From the NCBI GenBank assembly GCA_029531755.1, contig CM055976.1, positions 6,784,493 to 6,848,492 on the forward strand: a DNA stretch of 64,000 nucleotides, written 5' to 3'. Below are positions 9,895 to 21,299 of this stretch, piece by piece. This DNA comes from Holothuria leucospilota (taxonomy: Eukaryota). Made by a program: the position numbers and the translations under genes. The notes under the pieces are model-generated. The model searched no databases and was not told where the DNA came from. It worked only from the letters and a program-made list of their open reading frames with translations. Numbering within the stretch: position 1 is the first letter of the stretch; each line of letters starts with the position of its first letter.

Positions 9895-10390
9895 CCCATG
9901 GGCGTTGAAGCCCAAGTTGATGGGGGGGGGGGGGCTGCAACGACTTGCCCGGAAAATTTGTAACCAAAAATTTCCGTGCACTCCTCGTTCCACAAATTAA
10001 TATACAGCGACATGTATCGGTTATCACACCGCATGCCAATTACATACAATCGTCAATAACAACCAGTGGCGTATAGCCAGAATTTTTCTCTCATGGGGGT
10101 GGTAGCATGCATTATGTTGTGTGATCGCCGACCTGGGGGGTCTAATGGGAGGGGCTGTCCCCTTCCTCTTTCAAAATTTTTGAAATTATTAGGTGTCCTT
10201 ACATGCAATCTGGTGCCACGTATGCTACCTTTGAAGTAAAATTTGTGTTAAAAAATTTACCTACTTTAGGTACTAAAAAAGGCACCAGTGAGGGGGAATG
10301 GCCCAAATGCCCCCAAATACACCATTGATTATCATAATGTAACGGTTTAACCCGATTAAAAAGCACACAGGTGAATTAATACCTTATAGG
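9895..10390 (-). repeat. Interspersed repeat family R1, most complete copy at about 400-500 bp
   Basis: Its reverse complement matches 13850-14110 and 17560-17995 (tttacttcaaaggtagcatatgtggcaccagattgcatgta...; ...gtaattggcatgc(a/g)gtgtgataac). Confidence 0.7.
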
Positions 10391-10959
10391 TGCTAATGCA
10401 TTTCAAATCAGAACTTTATGATAATTACCAAGGAAGCTTTTAAACTATTGATTACCTTAGCTATACATCACTGCATTTATTTTCCGCCCGCCATAGGTTT
10501 CGCACCTTTCCACCATGGCGGAAAGGTGCAAAAGCTATGGCGGCATATACCGATGACGGAATGGCACTATGACTCAGTGGTGGCGCCAGGTGAGGGCAGG
10601 GGGCCAGACCCCCATCGGGGAAGGCTAGACCCCTGTCGGGGAATTTTTACGGTTTCGCCGGGGAGTCTTAGTCGATACGGTAAAGTATGTTGTCCCTGAC
10701 GGTTTACCACCTGTTTTTTCTCTCAAGAGGACAATTTCCCTTTTAAGAACCCAAAATTTTCGGCACGCTACGCGCACTATAGAGTCACTTCAGTTTCTTC
10801 AATAGTCTCATTCCACATTGCTAGATAGCACAAGACCTATACACATTTTATGTAGAGGTCGTTAATTCCATCCCATATCGCAAAGCCAAGTTGTTGTTCT
10901 CTTGTGTGTGTCATACGGTACGGTCTGTTGGTGAGCGACTCACGGAGCAAAGTTTGGCT

Positions 10960-12640
10960 ATTTCCATTAGCGTCGCGCCATAGGGGCACGGGAGCACTTG
11001 CCCCCCCCCCCCAAGAAAAAAAAGTTAGCAAAGCATGGTCTTCAATTTTCTAAAAATAATAAATAAATAAAACATGTAATTCAAGATGGGTTAGGCCCTC
11101 TCATATCCTTGAGGGGGTTTAAAATTAAAGAAGTGAATAACTTTCCAATGCAATGCTAAGGTTAAACAGTAATAAAGTGCTTTCAAAACGACACTTTTTC
11201 GGCGCGCTTAGGGCGTGTTTTCTTAGTTGCTTGTTTGCTACTATATGTACTTCAGACATCACAAGTGGACCTGCCTTTAGTGCGAGCTAAGTTAATCAAA
11301 ACAAATGATCACGCTGTGATATTTGTAATCTGATTAGCTTAGGCATCATAATGTCATTTACAGAGTGTAACGGGAATGCCCATAGTTTTGCAGACACTTC
11401 GGAGCTTTCGGGGTCATTAGATACACAACCCATTAGCCGTGTTGATTATCATCCACGACTAAAAGCAGTTTTGTCCGGGTGTCACCTGGCCAGAAAACCA
11501 TAGGTATCTGTCTACAAAAAGTTGTAACGGACGTGTAGCCTAAACGTATTGTTTCCCATGTAAGGAGAGGTTTCCCTTCCCTTGTCCAAACTGACAGCGC
11601 CGTTGGCCCACGAGCGGTCTTATGTCTGTCAAATGGCCTGTTGTAAGCAAAATGTTATCCACCTCTGTGCTAAAGTATACCGTTTCAATTGATTTAAAAA
11701 AAAACACACCAAACAGTCAATCTAAGCTCAGTGTAATGAGACTTTTGACTATTGGACTAGCTATTTGTATATAGGATGAGACGTCGTTCTGAGTTAGGGG
11801 AATTCCCTTCCCCTTTAAAAAATTTAGTTTCGAAACGGTGCTGAGATCCAAAATAGTGCTATCATTTCATCGTTTTCAAGTTTCTTCATACTCAAAATTT
11901 TCGTTAGTTTAAGAAAACAATCCAGAAAACCAAGATTTTATGGCTTCTTGCAAAGTTGTGACACAATGAAAGTGTAGACACTTTATTTGTGACACAATGA
12001 AAGAAACAACAAAATATTTAAAGGTATGGCTCCTTTTATGCAAGTGGATCAAGCCGCTTTGCCCATTTCACCTGTCTCTTACTCTTGATATGGTTGTATT
12101 TATTTTTAAAGTAGTCAGCTAATGACTGACTGCCTGAAATGGTGTTTGAAGAGCTTTTGAAAACTGCATAGGGCATCACTGCAATAATAACCATACTTCT
12201 ATTGTACTATCCGGAGCTGACCCTTAATATTGCTGGGGGTGTCTTCCGAACCTCCCTGAATACGGACTTGAGTTTGCCCCCCCCCCTCCCCAACAAAATT
12301 TCTTAGCGCCGCCCATGGCTATTTCACAGGGTAGTCCAGGTGTTTTCGATAAAATGTATGTTATCCCCGATCTACAACCCCTTCAGTTTTTCTTTTTCTT
12401 TTTGTTCTTAATGATTACATATATTTGTTGTGTAAGTCTACAAAAAAATTTCGCGCGCTTTGCAATTTCACGTTTAACATTCAAAAAGAACACTATCAGT
12501 GGGCAACTCGGCTCTTGAATTATTAAGTGGTATTACGCAAAATATGGCCTACAATGGTTTGGGATAGTTAGGCTCCTCCATATCCCCCCTAGTCCCCTCG
12601 ACACAGCGGCTGTCGGAACTTCGGGTCACTGGACCATTAG
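10960..12640. repeat. Unit A of a roughly 1.7 kb tandem segmental duplication. It contains an extra segment of about 100 bp at 11222-11320
   Basis: 10960-11220 matches 12645-12900 (gcgccataggggcacggg...cttgaggggg(t/c)ttaaaattaaagaagtgaataactttccaatgcaatgc). 11320-12330 matches 12905-13750. Confidence 0.8.
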
Positions 12641-13750
12641 CGGCTCGCCATGGGGGCACGGGGGGCACTTACCCCTCCCCCCAAAGTTTGCAAAGCATGG
12701 TATTCAATTTTCAAAAATAAAAGTAATAAATAAAAAAAAAACATGTAATTCGAGATGGGTTAGGCCCCCCTTTTTCCTTGAGGGGGCTTAAAATTAAAGA
12801 AGTGAATAACTTTCCAATGCAATGCGAAGGGTAAACATTAATAAAGTGCTTTCAAAACGACATTTTTTCGGCGCGCTTCGCGGGCGTTTTCTCAGTTGGT
12901 TATTTGTAATCTGATTAGCTTAGGCATCATAATGTCAGCATAATGTAATGCTGGAGTTAAACGCCCATAGTTTTGCAGACAGTTCAGAGCTATCGGTGTC
13001 ATTAGATACACAACCCATTAGCCGTGTTGATTATCATCCACGACTAAAAGCAGTTTTGCCAGAGTGTTACCTGGCCAGATTAGCATAGGTATCTGTCTAC
13101 AAAAAGTTGTAACGGGCATGTAGTCTAAAAGTATTGTGTTTCCCATAGAAGAAGAGGTTTCCCTTCCCTTGTCCAAACTGACAGCGCCGTTGGCCCACGA
13201 GCGGTCTTATGACTGTCGAGTGACCTGAGACGTCGTTCTGAGTTAGGGAAATTTCTCTCCCCCTTTAAAAAATTCGTTCGGAACGGTACTGAGATCCAAA
13301 ACACTTAGTGCTATCATTTCATCGTTTTCAAGTTTCTTCATGCTAGAAATTTTGGTTAGTTTAAGAAAACAATCCAGAAAACCAACATTTTATGGCTTCT
13401 TGGCAAAGCTGAAACATATTGTGACACAATGAAAGAAACAATAAAATATTTAAAGGTGTGGCCCATTTTATACAAATGGATCAAGCCGCTTTGCGCATTT
13501 CACCTGCCTCTTACTCCACCCCTATGGAAGTACGGTAGCGATCGGTTGATATGGTTGTTTTTATTTTTAAAGTAGTCAGTTCATGCACTAAGTGCCTGAA
13601 ATGGTTTTTAAAGAGCTTTTGAAAACTACATGGGCATCGCTGTAATACATAATAATAACCATACTCTCATAGGCGTAGGAGGCTGGGGGCTGGGGGCTGC
13701 AGCTCCCCCAACAAAATATTATTGTGAAAATTCGGGCAATATTCTGAGAA
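12640..13750. repeat. Unit B of the tandem segmental duplication. It lacks the 11222-11320 segment and diverges after about 13690
   Basis: As above. It shares cattagccgtgttgattatcatccacgactaaaagcagttttg, gtttaagaaaacaatccagaaaacca and more. Confidence 0.8.
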
Positions 13751-13839
13751 TTTTTCGGGCACCTACTAAATGAAAAATAATGCAATAATGTAGCTTATAA
13801 CGGAAATCCATACTTGAAAAAAACTTCCTTGGTAATTAA

Positions 13840-14115
13840 CATATAGTTCTGATTTGGATTGCACCATCACCTATACATTCGGTATTAATGCACCAGTGTG
13901 TTTTTAATGGTTAAACTTATATATTATGATTATCAGTGGTGTATTTGAGGAGCCATTAGGCCATTCCCCCGTCACTGACGCCGATTATTTTAGTACCTAA
14001 AATAAAACACAAAATTTTACTTCAAAGGTAGCATATGTGGCACCAGATTGCATGTAAGGATACCTTATTTGTCAAAAATTTTCAAAGGGTAGGGGGTGAT
14101 GCCTTTTTTTTTCTT
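13840..14115 (+). repeat. R1 repeat copy, partial, ending in a poly-T immediately before the LINE
   Basis: Matches the reverse complement of 10040-10390 and the plus strand of 17560-17700. Confidence 0.7.
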
Positions 14116-14129
14116 TTAGTACCTAAAAT

Positions 14130-14505
14130 ACGTCGGAGCTTGCCTTGCAATCATAGGCCGGTCAGTTTAACCAGTGTTGTGTGCAAAGTTATGGAATCTG
14201 TAATCAAGGATTGTTTGCTTAAATATCTTTTAGATAATGGGTTACTCAATCTGTCACAGCATGGTTTTTTACCGAGTAGATCTTGTGTTACTAATTTACT
14301 AAGCTTTCTTGAGGATGTTTCCTTATCTCTTGACTGTGGTCACAGTGTTGATGTCATTTACCTTGATTTTTCAAAAGCCTTTGATAAAGTTCCATTAGGT
14401 AGACTTATGGTTAAACTGCATACTAGGTTAGGCATCAGGGGCAGTTGTGCTGACTGGATAAATTCATGGCTCAATGGTAGATCTCAGAGAGTTGTACGTT
14501 GTTAA
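14130..14505 (+). CDS. LINE RT fragment, N-terminal motifs
   Basis: Translation motifs as listed in the parent feature. Confidence 0.7.
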
Positions 14506-14865
14506 TGGTAATTTCTCTTCTTGGAAAGAAGTTACAAGTGGAGTTCCACAGGGTTCTGTTCTTGGCCCGCTTCTTTTCTTAATTTTCATCAATGATATTG
14601 ATAGCTCTCTCACATCTAGTATTAGTAAGTTCGCTGATGATACTAAGCTTTATAGGAAGGTTAGTGATAAGGATGATGCCTCATTACTGCAAAAAGACTT
14701 GGATAGGTTATTTTCATGGTCTCAGACTTGGCAAATGTCTTTTAATGCAGATAAGTGCAAAGTCCTTCACTTAAGTTGGTCCTAAAAATTTCAGCTATGA
14801 TTATAACATGAATGGTAGTATTCTGAGTGATGTGACTTTTGAGAAGGATCTGGGTGTAGTTATTG

Positions 14866-15233
14866 TAGCGAAGTTACTTGCATCAGTGTATTTTTGGAAT
14901 TTATTTGTATTGTTATTTTGTATTGTGTGAATTGTTATTCTTGCATCATCGTGTTACACCTGTAGTGGAGTGAGTGCGTTAAATTTTTGTACCTAAATGT
15001 GTGTTTGTTATGTTAATTAGTCAGTAGCCTTAAGTTGCACTTTTGTATATACATGACAAGAGTCGAGTCAGTCTTTGGTCGGTCCTGGGAGACGAATACA
15101 TGGTTTGCTCTACACGGAACCTCCTGCATGTGAAAGTTCTCTCTTTTTCGAGTTTCTTTCCCAAATCTTTAAGGCCCGCAAAACCAAGGCTCGGCCCACG
15201 TTACATTATTACAGGTGATTTAAAGCCATCTAG
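14866..15233 (-). mobile_element. R2 repeat copy nested inside the CR1 RT, between DLGVVI and TGDLKPS. It is inverted relative to 7903-8392. A possible ATT TSD flanks it
   Basis: The RT frame is interrupted exactly at the R2 ends. Removing 14866-15233 restores ...EKDLGVVI(I)TGDLKPSRQC... Confidence 0.6.
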
Positions 15234-15899
15234 ACAGTGTGCAGCTACTGCTGCTAGGGCTAATAGGGTGCTTGGATTGATCAAGAGGAATTTCAGTAGT
15301 TTTAGTAAAGAAATTGTACTGTATAAGCAGTTGGTAAGACCCCACCTCGACTATGCAGCCCAGGCTTGGAGTCCCTTCTATGAAAAGAACAAGCTTCTTT
15401 TAGAGCAAGTTCAGAGGAGAGCCACTCGCCTTATACCCGAGGTGAGACACCTACCTTATCATGTTTGACTTAAGCATCTTGGGCTTACCACCCTTGAGTT
15501 GAGAAGGATTAGGGGGGGACATGCTTCAGGTGTACAAATTTCTCTCTGAAAGGAATCCTTTGTCCTCTTGCAATTATTTAAAGGTTCAATGTAATTCTCG
15601 GGTTCGAGGCCATTGTAAGAAGCTAGTTATGAATTTTGCAAGGCTCGACATTAGGAAGTTCAGCTTTTTCTCATAGAGTTGTTAACGAGTGGAATAGTCT
15701 GCCTGAGTGGGTAGTTAACTCCACATCTGTGCACTGCTTTAAGGTTAACATTGACAAGTTCTTCCATAAGTGTGGTAGAATCTAATTGTGCTGGGCTCAT
15801 TTGGTGTTGGTTGGTTCTTTGTTTTCAGTTAAGGTTGTATGGACTTCAGGGCATCTTATGGGGCCTTAGCCCTCCTTTGCCCTTTAACCCCTTACTCAA

Positions 15900-16590
15900 A
15901 ATCCATATCTGGCTTTATATCTGGAAATATCTGGTTGATTAAAGACTTTATATGGCCATATAAAGCCATATATAACTTGATTAAAACACAACCCAGATAT
16001 GCATATAAAGTTTGGTATGGCCATATAAAGCCAGATATAACTTGATATAATCGTGATCCAGATATGTATATTAAGTTTGATATGGCCATATAAAGCCAGA
16101 TATAACTTGATAAAACTGTGATCCAGATATGTATATAAAGTTTGATATGGCCATATAAAGCCAGATATAACTTGATAAAATGGTGATCCAGATGTGTATA
16201 TAAAGTTTGATATGGCCATATAAAGCCAGATATAACTTGATTAAAACATAACCCAGATATGCATATTAAGTTTGATATGGCCATATAAAGCCAGATATAA
16301 CTTGATATAATCGTGATCCTGATATGTATGTAAAGTTTGATATGGCCATATAAAGCCAGATATAACTTGATAAAATGGTGATCCAGATATGTATATAAAG
16401 TTTGATATGGCCATATAAAGCCAGATATAACTTGATTAAAACATAACCCAGATATGCATATTAAGTTTGATATGGCCATATAAAGCCAGCTATAACTTGA
16501 TATAACCGTGATCCAGATATGTATATAAAGTTTGATATGGCCATATAAAGCCAGATATAACTTGATATGCTAGATATGCAAATGAGCATT
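15900..16590. repeat. 60-bp satellite of about 11 monomers (tatggccatataaagccagatataacttgatWaaa...gatccagatatgtatataaagtttga). Two monomer variants alternate
   Basis: Exact 60-bp spacing of ccatataaagccagatataacttga at 16021, 16081, 16141 and onward. Confidence 0.9.
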
Positions 16591-17084
16591 TTGTTAGTTT
16601 GTTTTATTATTTATTTGATTTGATTCTTGGATTATGCTTGTTACAAACTAAGACATGTTTTGGATACAGCATCACCTTCCCAGACATTGCAGTTATTTTG
16701 TGGCTACACTTCTGTTAATACCGCAGTGGACTAAGTGAACTTAGGCAAATGATTTGCATATTTGGGCGGAGTTTGTATCTAAACCTACATTTTTCATGAT
16801 TTAGGAAGTTGAAAGTAAAATATGCACCACGCAGTAACCAAAATTTAGAGTCAAATACGTAATTAAGTTTAAAATAAGAAGCCCATATCACTGTGATTAC
16901 ATAAAATAGGAAATTTCAAGGCATTTTTCTGTTCACTGTTATGAAATAAGTTGAATTTATGTACTTAAGTCAATTCAACCTAATACTTACATTAAATTCT
17001 AATTCATGGAGCACTTAAACATTGTTTTCTGGTGTTCAAAGTCTCCATGAGGAGTGTGGACTATAAGTCCTAACTATGATTCAT

Positions 17085-17520
17085 AACTAGAGCAGATCTG
17101 TGCCATATAAAGGCTTGATCCAGATAGAACTTTATCTGGCCATATATGGTTTTTATCCGATCTGATATAAATTCCATATCTGGTGCAGATATGGGCCAGA
17201 TATAAATTTCCATATATGGGCCAGATATGGGCCATATAAAGTTTTATATGGGTCATATATGGCACAGATATGGGCCAGATATAAATCTCTTTATATGTGG
17301 CAAACATGGATTTTCCATATCTGGGCCAGAAATGGAGTAGCCATATATGGGGCATATCTGGGCCATATAAAAGTGAAACTTTACCTGGGCCATATATGGC
17401 CATATATGGCCTTTATATTATATCAAGTTATATCTGCCCAATTCTTGTACAAGCCAGATATGAATTCCATATCTGGCCCAGATATGGGCCAGATATGAAA
17501 TCCCATATCTGGGCCATATA
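17085..17520. repeat. Degenerate satellite related to the 60-bp unit. It is rich in palindromic (g)ccatatatgg(c) and ccagatatgggcc motifs, which are CArG-like CC(A/T)6GG
   Basis: Direct reading. Many ggccatatatgg, ccatataaag and cagatatgggccagatat repeats occur in both orientations. Confidence 0.8.
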
Positions 17521-17559
17521 TGGATTTTGAGTAAGGGACCTGTTATGTTATGTTATGTT

Positions 17560-17995
17560 ACGTACGGTACGTTTTTTAAGACAAATTTTACTTCAAAGGT
17601 AGCATATGTGGCACCAGATTGCATGTATGGACACCTAATTTTTCAAAAAATTTCAAAGGGGAGGGGGACACCCCCTCCCCCAGGCCGGCGATCACACAAC
17701 ATAGTGCCTGCCCCACCCCTATGAGAGAAGTCTTGGCCACACCATTGATTATTATCATCATTATTGTAACGACTTCCCCCAGAATTATAACCAATATGGA
17801 ATACGTAGTAACGTGGCAAATTATTGTATGTAATTGGCATGCAGTGTGATAACGGATGTATGCCTATATGATATGTTCATTCACATTTTGAAATTTTTTT
17901 TTTTTTTTTGAATTTGTTTTTCTGTTTTTCGGGCAGATCGTTACAGCCCCCCCCCCCATCAACTTGGGCCCCTATACGCCTATGCATACTCCTAT
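17560..17995 (+). repeat. R1 repeat copy, followed by a G/C-rich repeat module at 17998-18130 that also occurs at 12200-12320
   Basis: 17575-17640 matches 14015-14080. 17800-17870 matches the reverse complement of 9990-10060. ctattgtactatc(c/t)ggagctgacc(c/a)ttaatattgctggggg...gaacctccctgaatacggacttgagtttgccc is shared with 12200-12320. Confidence 0.7.
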
Positions 17996-19269
17996 TGAGG
18001 CTATTGTACTATCTGGAGCTGACCATTAATATTGCTGGGGGGGGGGGGTCGTCGGAACCTCCCTGAATACGGACTTGAGTTTGCCCACCCCCCGGCCCCC
18101 CCAAATAAAATTTCTTAGAGCCGCCCATGGTCACTGCATGATCCGGCCCCCTGTCGGGAAAATGATGTCACGCTTCCGACCTGGTCGGTTTACTTATTTT
18201 GACTTTCAAAAGCTAGGGTCATTTCTGTGATAAAACCCAAAACTATTTTCGGTACACTTTGCCCACTCTTCCGTTAGTAATAGTTAAATATAGTACAACC
18301 CCTTTCCACCTTTTCAAGTAACTTAATATAAGCTAGAATACATGGATTTATGTAAATGTCGGTCATTTCGTTTCGTTTATTTTTTTTTCTACATCATTGA
18401 ACAGTACAGATACATAATATAATAATTACCTATATCATAATGAAATAGATGGAAGTAAAACTAAAAGCCCTGCGCCTGGGGCTTGTCGAGAGTTTTACTC
18501 CCCACAACTACAAAAGCAAAGGTAGCTGCCGTAGCTGAGTCAGAAACAAAGAAAGCAAAAAGAATAAAGAATTCAAGATAAAAAGGCCAGTAAAAACAAT
18601 TAACTAAAACAACAGTAAAGACTAAGATAATAATAATATATAGGACCAGAACTTTCCCTTACAGACCCCACCCCTTTCAACCCGTGCCCCCCCCCCTAAC
18701 TAAAGTACACGGCTTTTCACAAACAATGCGTAGTGAAAAAAACACACACAGGCATAAGGAATGCATGCAAACAGTATGAAAAGTCAATCAGGAACTTGCA
18801 TCGTTACGATAAACCTGGCATAGTATAAAAAGGTGATGGAGACTGCTTAAATGCTATGTGTATACTGGGTGAAACCTCTCCGAAAAGAACTTATACTTGG
18901 CCTGTTAATTAATATAATGAATTCCACAGTTGTAGAGCTCTGTAGCGTAATGTCAACTGTGAAGATGATTTACGGGTACCAATAGTATGTAGGAGATGAG
19001 ATTGTCGATTAAAATAGTTGTGGACTAAAGCCTGATTTTTAGTGAAGAATTCTGAAAATGATTTTGGTAAAATGCTGCGCATGAAACGATAGGTGAATGA
19101 AGCAATGTTTCATCTCATTTTGCTAAGCCTATAATGCTCGTTCTCTTGTCTCTGTCGTGGTACGGCTAGTGACTCGAAGAGGGAAGTACAATGTAAGCAT
19201 ACCCGATATGGCCCAACTGCCTTGACAATTGACCCATATAAGCTTCAAAAAGTACAGATATTTTTAGGG

Positions 19270-19620
19270 TAAGCTTATCCAAAACAATTTCGCGCGTTTC
19301 GCGCGCTTTGAAATTTCACAGTTTCGCTTCTGAAAAAAAAGTAAATCAGCGCGGAAATATGTTCCTCTAGTATACATACAAATATTTTGAAATATATGCC
19401 CCGCAATGGCCTACAGTCTTGTACACAAGTTTTCTTCAAATCTTTCCTCACCAACTCGACATCATGGCTGTCGGGGCTTCGGGTCGCTGCCCCACTCCCC
19501 CCCCCCCCCGTCGGGGAGTCTGCCCCTCCCCATCGGGCAAATCCTGGCGCCACCCCTGCTAGCGCTACAATATTGTCTGTTACATCAGGTGTCTGTCATC
19601 ATGGCCTTGTGATAGGAGCA
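19270..19620. repeat. Fragments of the repeat family built on G/C homopolymers (tttcgcgcgctttgaaatttcac; gtcggggcttcgggtcgctgcccc...C(n)...gtcgggg)
   Basis: Similar to 12440-12500, to 12560-12690 and, in inverse orientation, to 10540-10660. Confidence 0.5.
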
Positions 19621-19774
19621 TAATCCTTCGCCTTCAAGTTGTATATCTAGGGTAGTAGTGATCACCTCGCGCTTGTCTTTTCTGGCGTTCCAACTTGCCA
19701 AGAAAAGTCCTTTGACCCATATCTCTTACACTTGCAGTTTTTGGTTTCAATGATTAAAGAAACCAACATATACT

Positions 19775-19777
19775 TAA

Positions 19778-19819
<42 letters not shown>

Positions 19820-19860
19820 GTATATATAAAGTGTATATATATATATACTTCTCATGTTTG
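19775..19860. repeat. (TA)n microsatellite with interspersed aagtgtatatat units
   Basis: Direct reading. Confidence 0.9.
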
Positions 19861-19935
19861 GTACCGAATGCCTCTTGTTATGGGTGATTCCAAATGTCAT
19901 CAAAGGTCAGCAGAGGTCAAACTATGCATAGCTGG
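19861..19935. repeat. Solo fragment of the Helentron-associated satellite monomer (...attccaaatgtcatcaaaggtcagcagaggtcaaac)
   Basis: Similarity to ...tttggtggaggtcaaaggtcatttgaggtcaccagaggtcaaaaacc. Confidence 0.45.
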
Positions 19936-20562
19936 GCGGTACAAATCCAGTAGATTGGACTTACAGCAAATAAGTACGAGTACATGCTTATTCATGTTTT
20001 TGCATCTTTGTCACTGGCTTTAATTAATTGCATGATAGTGAGGTGTGTTGTATGGTAGGTGGAGTACATCCATGGTTAGCTTTTTTTTTCATTTGTTGAG
20101 ACATAGCTTTGGTGCTCTAGTTTCTTGTTTATGGTCTGCTGATATTAAGGAAATGTTATTAAAAAAAATAAGTAAAACAAATGACTCAAAGAAGGCGAGG
20201 GAAAGGACTGTGAAAGGAGTGACGTGGTATTGTTGATCACACTAGCAGCAAAGTGTAAGGTACAACAGGGTAACAAACAGCATGGTGACCATTTTATATT
20301 ACGGTGACTAGGAAGGCAGGGTATAGCCATATTATAGCTGAAGCGTAGTGAAGGGAAGTACTTTTATTCTTTTTTTTTCCATGTGTGACAGGCGGGCTGG
20401 CATACTATGTGTTTGTGTTGAGTCTATAAAAGGGAAGAGGAGCTGGGGGTGTAAAAGAAAGATAGGGAAATATGATTACTATTGGGAAGTCACTCAGATT
20501 TTCTTATTTTTGTTGAATAAATGCGGGTATTAATTATGAATAAAAACAGTGTCATTCCTTAC

Positions 20563-20787
20563 CCATTCTGATCTTGTGGCATTTGTCTCCTCTCTCGCGT
20601 ACTGTAGCCAATGTATGCTACTTTCAGTACAAAAGGGCACAGTACAATTCTGTTATATGCTTCATGGCGTGTGAGGCAAGCATCTGGGGTGTCTGTCTCT
20701 TCCATTGTGTCTACAATCTGTTGATACTCTCGACAGCAAATGCTCTCCTCCACTGTTTGCATCAAAGTGCAGTTATCGCATTGACAC
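20563..20787 (-). CDS. Candidate internal coding exon of unknown product, Cys-rich (CQCDNCTLMQTVEESICCREYQQIVDTMEETDTPDACLTRHEAYNRIVLCPFVLKVAYIGYSTRERRQMPQDQN)
   Basis: On the minus strand an acceptor ctttttag| sits at 20788-20789 after a polypyrimidine tract, and a donor |gtaagg sits at 20562-20561. The frame is open across 225 nt. The opposite strand is also open, which weakens the call. Confidence 0.3.
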
Positions 20788-21299
20788 CTAAAAAGACATA
20801 AATCATTTACTCTAAGTGTTTTTTTTTTTTAAAGTGGTACATGATAGCCATGATTACCCACCTGGGATGGAGACTATCCATTTGACCAAAGTTGCTAGAC
20901 GAGAGAATTTGAAATAAAATACACTGCGGGTCAGAACCAGATTCAGGCTTCGGGTCAGTGACAGAATACAATGTGGAACTAGGCTAAGGATTAGCCTTGT
21001 GGATTGTTAACCTACATAAGGGTAGAGGAATTCTGTTATTTAGGCACATTTCTGTCATTCTTTTAGTAGGGGTTTTAGCAGGCAACAGATATGGAGTGAC
21101 ACCCCCCCCCTCCCCGTATCTACACGAGTGCTTATATGGGCATAAATGCCTTTTGAAACAGAAGGAGTTGATGTTTACTGAGGGTAAAATACTGTCAAAT
21201 TTAGCTATGTACTTACTAAAGGAATAAAAGCCCCCAAAATAGCATGAAAGACCCCTTCACTACAAGACAATGAGTAGGAAGAGGTTAAATCTTTTAATT

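Larger units (their letters stand above)
14125..15880 (+). mobile_element. CR1-like LINE, a 5'-truncated and decayed copy. It runs from the RT at the YRPISL-equivalent (NHRPVSLTS) through the ORF2 C-terminus and 3' UTR. It carries a nested R2 insertion
   Basis: ORFs 14035-14505, 14474-14785 and 15043-15468 carry RPVSLTSVVCKVMESVI, HGFLPSRSC, DVIYLDFSKAFDKVP, SWLNGRSQRVV, GVPQGSVLGPLLF, FADDTKLY and KDLDRLFSWS. They continue with EKDLGVVI and, after the insertion, TGDLKPSRQCAATAARANRVLGLI, LVRPHLDYAAQAWSP and VQRRATR. In other frames the copy reads LGLTTLELRRIRGDMLQVYKF...NEWNSLPEWVVNSTSVHCFKVNIDKFFHK with a stop near 15787. Confidence 0.8.

Noticed and set aside
1034-14150. LINE fragment 1034-2384 (RT cut at ENY|RPIS) and LINE 14125-15880 (starting at NHRPVSLTS) as two halves of one element
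   Set aside because: They lie on opposite strands and 13 kb apart, and the intervening sequence has no inversion signature. Truncation at the conserved RPISL region in both copies is most likely coincidence, or they belong to the same family.
15892-17530. ORFs 15892-16479 (-), 15896-16219 (-), 17074-17403 (-), 17259-17498 (+), 17297-17530 (+)
   Set aside because: They lie inside the 60-bp satellite and CArG-like palindromic block. The repeats are stop-poor by composition and the peptides are periodic.
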